From the sequence record NZ_KX832927.1: a DNA stretch of 64,000 nt; one strand, 5' to 3'. A program made the position numbers and the translations under genes. Each line of letters starts with the position of its first letter. The first letter of the stretch is position 1. This stretch comes from a plasmid. Positions 13,155 through 22,197 of this stretch are shown one piece after another. Under the pieces are notes generated by a model. That model saw nothing but the letters and a program-made list of their open reading frames with translations. It made no database searches and was not told the DNA's origin.

Positions 13155-14581
13155 TATCTACCTTCCTTACTTCTGATACCGTGCTGCACCACGGTATGGC
13201 GACCGCAATTCACATTCAGGTGATCCCGAACTGCGGCCATGACCGCTGAATGCAATCTGTAATCCACACTCTGCCCAAGCGTTTCTGTCGCTTGTTCTTT
13301 TGCCATCCACGAAACATCAAAGCTATCAGGTATCGACATCAACTCCTGAACCAGATCGACCGATGGCTTGTAAATGCGGCCACCGTCTTGGATGTACACT
13401 GCATCCTTTACCCCACGATCCTGAGACTTGAGGATGGTCGGGCAACTGGTGCTTTCTCTCGTCAAGAACGCAGGCATCCTGCGAGAAGTTGACTCTCTGG
13501 CCTGAATTGACTTCAACACTGTGACGTCAGCACAATCCCCGAGGTGCTTCTCGATCACCGGCCACAATCGTCCACCAGCTCTCTGCTCAGGTTTCGGTGG
13601 AACGAACCCAGGGAAGACCGACGCCACCATGTAATAGCGTTCTCGCCCCTGGTAAGCGCCGAAATCCAGACCGTTCAAGACCATCTCAGTGAGGAAGTAC
13701 CCCATCCGCCGCAGTGTCGTTCCCATCATCGCCCCGGCTCCGGATGCTTTGAAGTTCGGGACGTTTTCCACCAGCACGACGGCAGGGTTCACGACCTCGA
13801 TCTGTTTTAGTGCCGGGTAAACCATGTCGAGCATGGTGGAGAGATCCTCAAGAGAACGCTCTTTGTCCCTTGGACTTTTGGCGTTTGAGTGGTCATCACA
13901 CCCCAACGAGTAATGGGCCAAACCAATTGGTGGGCACTCCGCCAGCAAGGCTCCAAGGCGATCCAGCTCCAGGTGATGAATGTCTTCATTCAGCAGGATA
14001 CGCGGGGAGCTGTTCACCAGCGTATTGAGCGCATGTACTTCACTCAGGTTCCGCCCGGATGCTCTGTCTCTGGCTTCAACTGGACGATGCTCCAAAACAA
14101 TCTCAGCCTTCCAGCCAAGCGCTTCCATAACATGAATGTCTACCCCGCCAGTCAATGCCACAAAGGCACGGAAAGGGCTGGTTTTTCTGAACCGATCCGC
14201 AATGGCAAAGGCTCTGTTTGCGACAGGAGTGAAGACTACTCGGCCTTTTCGCATTTCGACGTGGAAACGCTCTGTATAGCGAGGGAAGCACTTATCTATG
14301 AGCCCTTGTCCAGAAAACTCAATAACGGTTTCCAGCGGGTTGTTGGAGCGACTCTTTGGTTGATACCGGCGCTGATAAACCTGGTGTGTCTGTAGTTCAT
14401 CGGTCGCTGGGATCACCGAAAAACCGCCCATCCCCTCCCCTGGCTCAACGGCGATGCCCATACCTGGCTTGAACCCCATAACATCCAAAAAGTTGGACGA
14501 AACCCTAACCTTGCGTTTATCGCCTACTCGATTGAACGCAAGTTGTTTGGTTACTACGGAGGGGGAGACGATCGGTAACAT
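13154..14581 (-). CDS. DNA (cytosine-5)-methyltransferase-like protein. No restriction partner is evident, so it appears orphan.
   Basis: 475 aa with an ENV motif (LVENVPNF) and other C5-MTase-like blocks. Surrounded by phage-like genes rather than an endonuclease. Confidence 0.6.
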   Translation of the reverse strand: MLPIVSPSVVTKQLAFNRVGDKRKVRVSSNFLDVMGFKPGMGIAVEPGEGMGGFSVIPATDELQTHQVYQRRYQPKSRSNNPLETVIEFSGQGLIDKCFPRYTERFHVEMRKGRVVFTPVANRAFAIADRFRKTSPFRAFVALTGGVDIHVMEALGWKAEIVLEHRPVEARDRASGRNLSEVHALNTLVNSSPRILLNEDIHHLELDRLGALLAECPPIGLAHYSLGCDDHSNAKSPRDKERSLEDLSTMLDMVYPALKQIEVVNPAVVLVENVPNFKASGAGAMMGTTLRRMGYFLTEMVLNGLDFGAYQGRERYYMVASVFPGFVPPKPEQRAGGRLWPVIEKHLGDCADVTVLKSIQARESTSRRMPAFLTRESTSCPTILKSQDRGVKDAVYIQDGGRIYKPSVDLVQELMSIPDSFDVSWMAKEQATETLGQSVDYRLHSAVMAAVRDHLNVNCGRHTVVQHGIRSKEGR

Positions 14582-14584
14582 TGG

Positions 14585-15085
14585 TCAACCTCTTTTCTTC
14601 TTGTTTTGCTCGCGCTTCACCATTGCTCCAGCAGCTTTCAGAAGTCTCTGGTTCTCCGCCAGCTCCTCTTGGAGTTCCTGAGTATCCTCTTCTGTCTGAG
14701 GCTTTTTCAGCTCGGCCTCGCAATATTGGACCTCTTCCTGCAAGCTGACTTTCGCAAACTTGAGAGCGGCCAGTCGCGTCGTATAAACGCCAAAAGGCAA
14801 TTCGCCACCTTCCCGGAACTGCTTCAAACACCAGCTCGGTATAGATGGCAACCAACCAAAGTCCCCATTCTTCCGTGACCTTTTCCCCCACGTAATCCCA
14901 TCTAACTTTTGGGCAAGATTGACATAGCGTTGATCGCTGGTTGAGTTGCGTCGTTTCTGAATAGAGCGAACTATCCACTCTGTAACCTCGACCTTTGCTT
15001 TATCATCATCAGAGATGTAATAAAGGGCTGCGTACAACACAGCGCCTTTACGAATGACTGATGGTGGGTATGCCTGGGCTTTCAT
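14585..15085 (-). CDS. Hypothetical protein
   Basis: 166-aa ORF with coiled-coil and charged C-terminus. Confidence 0.4.
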   Translation of the reverse strand: MKAQAYPPSVIRKGAVLYAALYYISDDDKAKVEVTEWIVRSIQKRRNSTSDQRYVNLAQKLDGITWGKRSRKNGDFGWLPSIPSWCLKQFREGGELPFGVYTTRLAALKFAKVSLQEEVQYCEAELKKPQTEEDTQELQEELAENQRLLKAAGAMVKREQNKKKRG

Positions 15086-15093
15086 CTATCCCC

Positions 15094-15426
15094 CTATCGC
15101 TTTTTCTGTCCGACAAGACGGAGATGATCGGCGGCCAAGTCATACTGCTCGTTTTTGTCGCGGCGGCGGAATCTGTCAAAAAACTTCCCTCGTGGCAGGG
15201 TTTCTTCCATAGCGATCAGGCGGTTCAGCCACACTTCTTGAGGTAGCATCCCTGCTGGAGTCGGCCCGAGCTTACGTCCTTCCTTGACGTGCTCCATTGT
15301 TTGCGTGGCAGTAAAAATCGCACCACCAAACTTTCTCCACTTGAATTGCAGGGGCATATCTGGAGACTCATCCAGCATCAATTTCTTATTGGTTTGTTCT
15401 GTCACGACAATTACTCCACCATCCAT
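15094..15426 (-). CDS. Hypothetical protein
   Basis: 110-aa ORF in the same minus-strand array. Confidence 0.35.
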   Translation of the reverse strand: MDGGVIVVTEQTNKKLMLDESPDMPLQFKWRKFGGAIFTATQTMEHVKEGRKLGPTPAGMLPQEVWLNRLIAMEETLPRGKFFDRFRRRDKNEQYDLAADHLRLVGQKKR

Positions 15427-15935
15427 TCTTCACTAAGCAGGAACGCCCAGCGCTCTTCTGCTTTTTCTGGGTTGTCTTTGGCCTGTTTGATCATGATCTC
15501 GGCGGCGTTAAAGCCTACCTCTCCACTGAACCGGCCCCATGAATGGCTATGCCACTCGCGCATCACACTTCGGCCAAGCGATGCAAGTTCTGGACTTACA
15601 CCCTCATGGAGGGCATAGAGCTCCCAAGCATCCCACCCGTATCGTAATAGGTTGTGCCCTGGGGCGTTAAAGGCCTGAGCAGCCTTGAACCGCTCTCCAG
15701 GCTCCTTCCCTCTAACATCCACACCCTGGAGCACCAACCCCATTACCACTTCAATGACCGGCTCGCGTTGCTTCTTTGCCAGCTCGATGGCAGCCACCAG
15801 CATTGCTTTGGCGTCAGCAAATTTCCCATGCCCTTGGCACATACCGCAGGTTTCTTTGGAAGGGGAAAAGTCATAAACACCGGAACCAGCACAGAGGCGG
15901 CATGTCATGTCAATCATGGGCTCTTCTCTCCTCAT
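15411..15935 (-). CDS. Hypothetical protein with a CxxCxGxG zinc-ribbon motif
   Basis: CRLCAGSGV...CGMCQGHGK repeats (DnaJ-type zinc-finger-like). Confidence 0.45.
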   Translation of the reverse strand: MRREEPMIDMTCRLCAGSGVYDFSPSKETCGMCQGHGKFADAKAMLVAAIELAKKQREPVIEVVMGLVLQGVDVRGKEPGERFKAAQAFNAPGHNLLRYGWDAWELYALHEGVSPELASLGRSVMREWHSHSWGRFSGEVGFNAAEIMIKQAKDNPEKAEERWAFLLSEEWMVE

Positions 15936-16617
15936 ACTCTTCGATGCGCTCTTTCAGACGCTGAACCACTGGTGCGAGCTCAGGGATAGCTTCCGCTTCC
16001 TCAAGCGTGTATCGCTTGTCTTCCTGGTAATCGACTATTTGAGGAGGCCTTGGCTGTTTAGGGAACTCAGCAAAGTCATTCAGCGACATCGAGGTAGGAA
16101 GTCCTCCTTCAATCTCACCTTTTTCGTTGAGTGACTGGGTGACGATAAGCTGTGTTCCGCCCACCTCGGTATCAAAGCGGTCATCAAAGCGCTCACCGAT
16201 AGTCCAGCCGCCACGGCCAAGAACACAGGTCGTACTCATACGTAGGCGATTGAATGCTTTAGCGTCATCCCAGTTCAAAGGATTTTCATCCATGAGGAAA
16301 AAAGGCGCTTCGTCCCGAACGAACACCTTGGACTTGGCGTTATCGAAGATCGGCCCAAACACCCCCTGCTGGAGGTATGGTTCGACCTTCTCTGCAAGAT
16401 CCTGGTGCCCTTGAGAACGCAGCGCCTCATAGAGCTGGGTGATTGTTTGTTTGCCGGTGCCCGGAAGGCAGGACAATACTGTCTGCTTTTCCTCGTCACT
16501 CAGGCTTACCATTCTGGACAAAAAGCTGACTACCAGCTCGTTGTGCCCATCGACCGTTTCAATGTTGAGCTTGTTCTCGTCCATCTTCTTCCTCAGTAAT
16601 CGGTTCGATAAATTCAA
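15910..16617 (-). CDS. Hypothetical protein
   Basis: 235-aa ORF; overlapping start/stop with neighbours suggests an operon. Confidence 0.4.
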   Translation of the reverse strand: MNLSNRLLRKKMDENKLNIETVDGHNELVVSFLSRMVSLSDEEKQTVLSCLPGTGKQTITQLYEALRSQGHQDLAEKVEPYLQQGVFGPIFDNAKSKVFVRDEAPFFLMDENPLNWDDAKAFNRLRMSTTCVLGRGGWTIGERFDDRFDTEVGGTQLIVTQSLNEKGEIEGGLPTSMSLNDFAEFPKQPRPPQIVDYQEDKRYTLEEAEAIPELAPVVQRLKERIEEYEERRAHD

Positions 16618-16832
16618 TGGAGTCCATGCTTACATGACTGATAATGGCTTTCAGGCCGCAGCAGTCGCATGGTTCAAAGGTCAGTTCTGATCCCTTGGGA
16701 GACTGATGCGTGACCGTTGCCACAGCCCCTAGAGGGATCACCCCCCAGCCGTTTTTTAGTACCCGAGTAGTTCTGACCAGCCGACCTTTGTACTCTCGTT
16801 TCAGTTTCGGATGCGGCACTACCGCATATCGC

Positions 16833-17219
16833 TTACTCATTTCGGTCCCCTTGTACCAAAGGCTCGACAACCAGCTCTTGAGCTTCGTCCCAGTCGGACA
16901 CCTTTGCATCACCAAACGCAAAGGCAATTCGCATAGCCACTGTCGGCCTGCCTATTTTCATCAAGTAAGCCGCAGCACCGGCACACATCGACTCTTGTCC
17001 CGAAGGTGCATAGTTACCCTCTTCATCCCATTCACCACCTGACTTTGAATGCACGGTCTTGTGGCAATGAAACGTCGTCATGTCGTTTTCAACGATGTCG
17101 TTGATGATGCCTTCTAATCGCCCAGGGACCAGCTCGATAGCGCCCTCCTTCCGGAATGGACAGTTGGCGCAAGGTTTCTTCAAACGGAGATGATTTGCTT
17201 GCTTTGGCATACATATCAC
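16833..17219 (-). CDS. Hypothetical Cys-rich protein (CxxC...HCH)
   Basis: 128-aa ORF with CANCPFRK and HCHKTVH motifs. First gene of the minus-strand array, downstream of the palindrome-containing intergenic region. Confidence 0.4.
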   Translation of the reverse strand: MICMPKQANHLRLKKPCANCPFRKEGAIELVPGRLEGIINDIVENDMTTFHCHKTVHSKSGGEWDEEGNYAPSGQESMCAGAAAYLMKIGRPTVAMRIAFAFGDAKVSDWDEAQELVVEPLVQGDRNE

Positions 17220-17375
17220 TTTTACAGTATCATTTTATGATTCTATGATATAGCCATATTCCGTGTAGTCAATATCTCACTAACAATTACTTTCTATCGG
17301 ACGCTTACGCGCCCATTTTGGGCAGATAGACAAGTTATTTGGGCGTTTGGAGTGTGCGAGGTGGACAGCGGGGAG

Positions 17376-17393
17376 ACTTTCACATGTGAAAGT
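17376..17393. promoter_or_regulatory. 18-bp perfect palindrome ACTTTCACATGTGAAAGT, a candidate operator, in a divergent intergenic region
   Basis: Perfect inverted repeat. The same core occurs upstream of parA at 20791-20807. Confidence 0.5.
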
Positions 17394-17730
17394 TTTGTTT
17401 CTTGGTATCGTTTTATTGTCCCTTGATATTATTTTATGATGCTGTAATAATCATAAATAAGGGCCGCATCGCTCTTCGACCTTCGTTGCAGCCCTTACAA
17501 CACAATCAAGCAATTAAGGAGCTTTGTTATGCTGCAAGGCAATACTAACACGAATAAGCGCATCCCGCTCGCGGCGTTCATGAAATGGCCGCTGGCGAAA
17601 CGTCAGGACTTCATCGACCGGGAAATGTCCGGTTGCCCCGACTTTATCAAGACGTCTTTGCTTCGGCATTAAGGCGATCAGGCAGGAAAGCAAAGAACCT
17701 CGCTTCGGCGGGGTTCTTCGTTTCTACCTC

Positions 17731-18399
17731 TTGAATGTTTCGTCAGAACAAACTGGAGCGCTTATGTCACCAGAAACACAGCAACTTACATCCAAGGCTT
17801 TATCTCTCATCGAGCAGTCCCGATACAGAATGGGCACATCTCGGTTTGTTGAGGCCTTTATTGACCAGTGGGCATACTTGCAGACTGGCCTATACCCAGC
17901 CAAGGAGGAGATCCCGGAAGAACTTCAGCCGGTCGCCTTCGAGCTCTCTCACGTCCTGTCTGCCGCCATTAAGCGCGACCCCACCAGCGATGTTTTGGGT
18001 TACGTCCTAAGCATGTCTGGCTTCCACAAGAAGGGCACCAATTACTTCCCCACTCCTCCAGAGATTGGCCGCTTGATGTCACTCATTGTTGGCTCACAGT
18101 CTTCGGCAGACTTTTATGAGCCCTGCTGTGGTTCTGGCATCAACGCCATTCACTGGATGGAAAACCTGATCGAGAACCACGGTCCCGAAGCATTGAGAGA
18201 AGCCTCAATCTACCTGGAAGACATCGATCCGTTGATGGTGAAGTGCTGCATGATCCAGCTATTCCATTATTTCGAGTCCCGCAATACCACTCCCAAAACG
18301 CTGAGTATCGTCGGCATAGACACCCTTAGCAGACGAACCAAGAACATCGCCTACTACGCCGAAAAACCTCCAGCAACCGCCGCTACCGTGGCAGCATAA
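17731..18399 (+). CDS. N6-adenine methyltransferase-like protein, short; motif IV (NPPY) is not evident
   Basis: HsdM-like motif X (NYFPTPPEIGRLM) and motif I (FYEPCCGSGINAI), but only 222 aa and no NPPY motif downstream. An alternative start at 17764 (MSPETQQ) is possible. Confidence 0.5.
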   Translation: MNVSSEQTGALMSPETQQLTSKALSLIEQSRYRMGTSRFVEAFIDQWAYLQTGLYPAKEEIPEELQPVAFELSHVLSAAIKRDPTSDVLGYVLSMSGFHKKGTNYFPTPPEIGRLMSLIVGSQSSADFYEPCCGSGINAIHWMENLIENHGPEALREASIYLEDIDPLMVKCCMIQLFHYFESRNTTPKTLSIVGIDTLSRRTKNIAYYAEKPPATAATVAA

Positions 18400-18424
18400 A
18401 AAAACCCGCCGATTGGCGGGTTTT
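18398..18424. terminator. Bidirectional rho-independent terminator between convergent genes
   Basis: AAAAAAA-CCCGCCGATTGGCGGG-TTTT. Confidence 0.7.
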
Positions 18425-18451
18425 GCATTCAATGCGCTGCTCTATGGCACC

Positions 18452-18730
18452 TTACAGTTTTCCGTACCGGTTCAAGAACGAAGACCTGTCTAAGATCCCC
18501 CAGTCTGTCAGCATGTAGTAGCCGGTGGCACCTCGTTCGCCGGTAGACTCCCTGACGAACAAGATATTCATTCCGAACTCATCACGCAGGGCAGACAACT
18601 GTCTCTTGATCGTTGATTCAGGAATATTTGTTGCCTTGTGAAGGTCTTGGAGACTTGGCTTCTCCGTTTTAGACAGGGCATTCACCAAAGCAAATTTTCT
18701 TTTCATGTCCTGTGAGATCTTCATATTCAC
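18452..18730 (-). CDS. Small HTH DNA-binding protein, third gene of the parAB operon
   Basis: 92 aa with a helix-turn-helix-like segment (IPESTIKRQLSALRDEFG). Immediately downstream of parB. Confidence 0.5.
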   Translation of the reverse strand: MNMKISQDMKRKFALVNALSKTEKPSLQDLHKATNIPESTIKRQLSALRDEFGMNILFVRESTGERGATGYYMLTDWGILDRSSFLNRYGKL

Positions 18731-18772
18731 CTGTTCTTGACAGGCCCAACCTCTCTGGCTGGGCCTCCTTTA

Positions 18773-19954
18773 TTAGCCTTCGACACTCAGGAGTTCAATG
18801 TCTGACACAGGCACATGAACATGCTTTTCCTTGCCTTCGCCATCGAGCGTTTTAACCCAGACAGTAGACGGAACCAGAGCAACACGGTCGGTCATGATGA
18901 CTCCACGTTTGGTCTCGCCATCCAGGTTAACGTTGACAGCAAAAATCAAACTGTCAGCCCGGACGTTCTTCCATTCCTTGTCCTTCGGCAGAGGAGGAAG
19001 AGCATCACCGCCTTCTTCATCTTTGTCCTTGCCGCTGTTATCTGGCTGCTTGACAGGATCTTTGTGCTCACCCTCTTCATCACGCAAAGGGTCTTCGTCA
19101 TCATCGTCCTGACCATTGGAATTTTTACCCCCTTCCAGTTCCTCCTGGGCAAGGTTCAGGTCGTCATTCCCGGTTTGTTCCGACGTACCATCCCCACCCG
19201 AGTTGAGGGATTGCTCGTCGGTGTTGCCAGCGCCAAGCTCATCATTCTGGTGGGAGCCAGTCAGTGGGCCTTTTTCCATTTCGTCTTTGATACGTTTGGC
19301 ATCATTCAGCAGCTCACGGCTTTGTTTACGAGTAATCCCGTCAGACATAGCCACCGCGCAGACGGCGCGACATCTTTCTTCATTCAGATCGAACAAGAGA
19401 CGAAGGTTATTCAAGGTCTCTGTATCAGAACATACTTCATTATCGTATAACTCACGCACACAGTCAGGTAGCTTGAGCAACGACAGATGCGTAGATACGA
19501 AAGTGATATTCTTACCGAGCCGATCAGCAATATCCTTTTGCTTCCAACCTTCTTCAATAAACAGGTTTAACGCCTCGGCAATCTCTACCGGAGTCAAGTC
19601 ATCCCGCTGGATGTTTTCGATCAGCTCACCAGCAGTCTCGTCCAAGTTGTTCTGGACCTTATCATTCACCACCAAGTCAATGGTCTCGATACCAGCGTGT
19701 TTACACGCTCTCCAACGCCGCTCCCCTTTTTGGATGACGAACTTGCCTTCTTCGTTCTTCGGGAACACGATGATCGGAGACTGCTGCCCTTCGGTCAGCA
19801 AGGTTGCCGCCAGCTCTTCAATGTTACGGAAGCGCTTACGAACCTGGACCTTGGATACAACGTCGTCAACAGGTACGGTAAGAACCTCTTTGCCTTTCTT
19901 GCCTTTGGCGGCTTTAGCAAGTTCGGACAGGCCTTTTAAATTGTTCAATGCCAT
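18773..19954 (-). CDS. parB: ParB-family partition protein
   Basis: ParB N-terminal domain (…QSPIIVFPKNEEGKFVIQKGERRWRA…) with an acidic, low-complexity C-terminus. Directly downstream of parA. Confidence 0.85.
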   Translation of the reverse strand: MALNNLKGLSELAKAAKGKKGKEVLTVPVDDVVSKVQVRKRFRNIEELAATLLTEGQQSPIIVFPKNEEGKFVIQKGERRWRACKHAGIETIDLVVNDKVQNNLDETAGELIENIQRDDLTPVEIAEALNLFIEEGWKQKDIADRLGKNITFVSTHLSLLKLPDCVRELYDNEVCSDTETLNNLRLLFDLNEERCRAVCAVAMSDGITRKQSRELLNDAKRIKDEMEKGPLTGSHQNDELGAGNTDEQSLNSGGDGTSEQTGNDDLNLAQEELEGGKNSNGQDDDDEDPLRDEEGEHKDPVKQPDNSGKDKDEEGGDALPPLPKDKEWKNVRADSLIFAVNVNLDGETKRGVIMTDRVALVPSTVWVKTLDGEGKEKHVHVPVSDIELLSVEG

Positions 19955-19957
19955 CGC

Positions 19958-20749
19958 TTAGCCCACCTTCTCTAATAGTTCTTCCAACACCGCCTCAACT
20001 TCTTTGGCCGCGACATGTCCATAGCGAAGCTCCCAGACAGGGATGCCATCAGTCGTCGCCGTATCGAGCGGAGGCCGGTGCATAATTTTGTTCTCAAACA
20101 ACAGATCCGGAACTGTGTTCTCCAGCGACTTGAGGGCTTTGTCGTGATTGACAGAGCGGTCCATGTCGTTGATCACGATGCCCAGGATCTCCAAATCTTG
20201 GTTGTACGCCTCGCGCACACCAATAATCGTGTTCAGGAGACCTTCTACGCCGTCCACAGCGAAGCCAGAGAGCTTTACTGGACATGCCACATGGGTAGAC
20301 ATCACCAACGCTGCCACCAGCTTTCTGCCGAGGCTAGGCGGACAATCAATCAGCACGTAGTCGTAGTTCTCAAACAGCTCAGCCAAATGGCGAGCCGGAT
20401 TCATGGCCTGGTCAAGAGGCACAGCCTCCATCTCAAACAGATCCGGGTCGTTTTTCGGCGTATGAATGAGGTCTGCACCGCAAGGGCAGTGCATGACCTC
20501 AATGCCGTCCAGCTCGTAAGCGAACAGCTCTGCGGTTTTGGTTCCTGTGAGGATGGGCTCGTAGTCACCATCCTCAAGCTCTCGTCTGGGGGCCAGTCGA
20601 GAGGACGTGTTCCCCTGACCATCCATATCCAAGACCAGCACTTTCTTTTTCTTCTGTAACGCCAGATAAAAGGCCTGCTGGATACAGAGGGTACTCTTAC
20701 CCACTCCGCCTTTCTGGTTGGCGAAGCTGATTACTTTTGCCATACCCAC
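19958..20749 (-). CDS. parA: ParA-family partition ATPase
   Basis: Deviant Walker A motif KGGVGKST; 263 aa. Confidence 0.9.
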   Translation of the reverse strand: MGMAKVISFANQKGGVGKSTLCIQQAFYLALQKKKKVLVLDMDGQGNTSSRLAPRRELEDGDYEPILTGTKTAELFAYELDGIEVMHCPCGADLIHTPKNDPDLFEMEAVPLDQAMNPARHLAELFENYDYVLIDCPPSLGRKLVAALVMSTHVACPVKLSGFAVDGVEGLLNTIIGVREAYNQDLEILGIVINDMDRSVNHDKALKSLENTVPDLLFENKIMHRPPLDTATTDGIPVWELRYGHVAAKEVEAVLEELLEKVG

Positions 20750-20790
20750 CTCTATTTTGGTTTCTCGCAGGTGATCAAGACCACCCCCAA

Positions 20791-20807
20791 ACTTTCACAT
20801 GTGAAAG
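20791..20807. promoter_or_regulatory. Palindrome ACTTTCACATGTGAAAG, about 43 bp upstream of the parA start; a candidate par operator
   Basis: Same 16-bp core palindrome as at 17377-17392. Confidence 0.5.
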
Positions 20808-20880
20808 ATTGTAGCGATCATAAAATGATACTGCAATATCTAATTATGGTTCTGTTAAAACAAACTTTAAACAAAAAAAC

Positions 20881-20902
20881 GGCCATGAAGGCCGCTTATT
20901 GA
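20881..20902 (-). terminator. Rho-independent terminator for gene 20917..21228
   Basis: Stem CGGCCATGAAGGCCG, followed by a T-run on the minus strand. Confidence 0.55.
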
Positions 20903-20916
20903 CAAGGTTTGTGCTG

Positions 20917-21228
20917 TCAGCGCAATTGATTTGCTGCTCCAAGCCCATTCGCCAATAACTGCATCGCATCGTTGAACAGCGCGGAGCCCCGTTCCGGTGT
21001 GAGCAATTCCGGCATATCTTCTCGCGGCCAAGTACCGGCTACTTGAATGAGCAAACTGGCAGCCCAGTGGATCTGCTTTTCTTCACTTTCATCGGCCAGA
21101 GTGCATACGACGGGGAAACCGTACTTACGCCCCCAGCGACTCACCTCTTTGAACGATACCAGCTCAGGCTTTTGCAAATCCCGGCTGTAGGCCTCAGCTA
21201 TCATGTGGTTCAGTTCTTTAGCGTCCAT
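20917..21228 (-). CDS. Hypothetical protein (103 aa)
   Basis: ORF between parA and the sul2 island; no known domain recognised. Confidence 0.4.
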   Translation of the reverse strand: MDAKELNHMIAEAYSRDLQKPELVSFKEVSRWGRKYGFPVVCTLADESEEKQIHWAASLLIQVAGTWPREDMPELLTPERGSALFNDAMQLLANGLGAANQLR

Positions 21229-21534
21229 TTATCCCACTCTATTGTAAACAAGACATTTTTATCTTTTATATTCAATGGCTTATTTTCCTGCTAATTGGTA
21301 ATACCATGAAAAATACCATGCTCAGAAAAGGCTTAACAATATTTTGAAAAATTGCCTACTGAGCGCTGCCGCACAGCTCCATAGGCCGCTTTCCTGGCTT
21401 TGCTTCCAGATGTATGCTATTCTGCTCCTGCAGCTAATGGATCACCGCAAACAGGTTACTCGCCTGGGGATTCCCTTTCGACCCGAGCATCCGTATGAGA
21501 CTCATGCTCGATTATTATTATTATAGAAGCCCCC

Positions 21535-22197
21535 ATGAATAAATCGCTCATCATTTTCGGCATCGTCAACATAACCTCGGACAGTTTCTCCGATGGAGGC
21601 CGGTATCTGGCGCCAGACGCAGCCATTGCGCAGGCGCGTAAGCTGATGGCCGAGGGGGCAGATGTGATCGACCTCGGTCCGGCATCCAGCAATCCCGACG
21701 CCGCGCCTGTTTCGTCCGACACAGAAATCGCGCGTATCGCGCCGGTGCTGGACGCGCTCAAGGCAGATGGCATTCCCGTCTCGCTCGACAGTTATCAACC
21801 CGCGACGCAAGCCTATGCCTTGTCGCGTGGTGTGGCCTATCTCAATGATATTCGCGGTTTTCCAGACGCTGCGTTCTATCCGCAATTGGCGAAATCATCT
21901 GCCAAACTCGTCGTTATGCATTCGGTGCAAGACGGGCAGGCAGATCGGCGCGAGGCACCCGCTGGCGACATCATGGATCACATTGCGGCGTTCTTTGACG
22001 CGCGCATCGCGGCGCTGACGGGTGCCGGTATCAAACGCAACCGCCTTGTCCTTGATCCCGGCATGGGGTTTTTTCTGGGGGCTGCTCCCGAAACCTCGCT
22101 CTCGGTGCTGGCGCGGTTCGATGAATTGCGGCTGCGCTTCGATTTGCCGGTGCTTCTGAAGGCTCAAATAAGGAAAACTTATGGAAAGAAATATTAA
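21535..22197 (+). CDS. sul2: Dihydropteroate synthase Sul2, 3'-truncated at about codon 208 and fused to 12 foreign codons
   Basis: MNKSLIIFGIVNITSDSFSDGGRYL... matches Sul2 through ...RFDLPVLL. The sequence then diverges (KAQIRKTYGKKY*) at the junction with the erm segment, and GC drops sharply. The characteristic sul2 upstream region is present at 21230-21534. Confidence 0.9.
   Translation: MNKSLIIFGIVNITSDSFSDGGRYLAPDAAIAQARKLMAEGADVIDLGPASSNPDAAPVSSDTEIARIAPVLDALKADGIPVSLDSYQPATQAYALSRGVAYLNDIRGFPDAAFYPQLAKSSAKLVVMHSVQDGQADRREAPAGDIMDHIAAFFDARIAALTGAGIKRNRLVLDPGMGFFLGAAPETSLSVLARFDELRLRFDLPVLLKAQIRKTYGKKY

Noticed and set aside
18815-20659. Long plus-strand ORFs (211, 281 and 214 aa) inside parB/parA
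   Set aside because: They are antisense to the strongly supported ParB/ParA genes and have low-complexity Ser/Arg-rich translations with no motifs. They are artefacts of GC-rich coding sequence read backwards.
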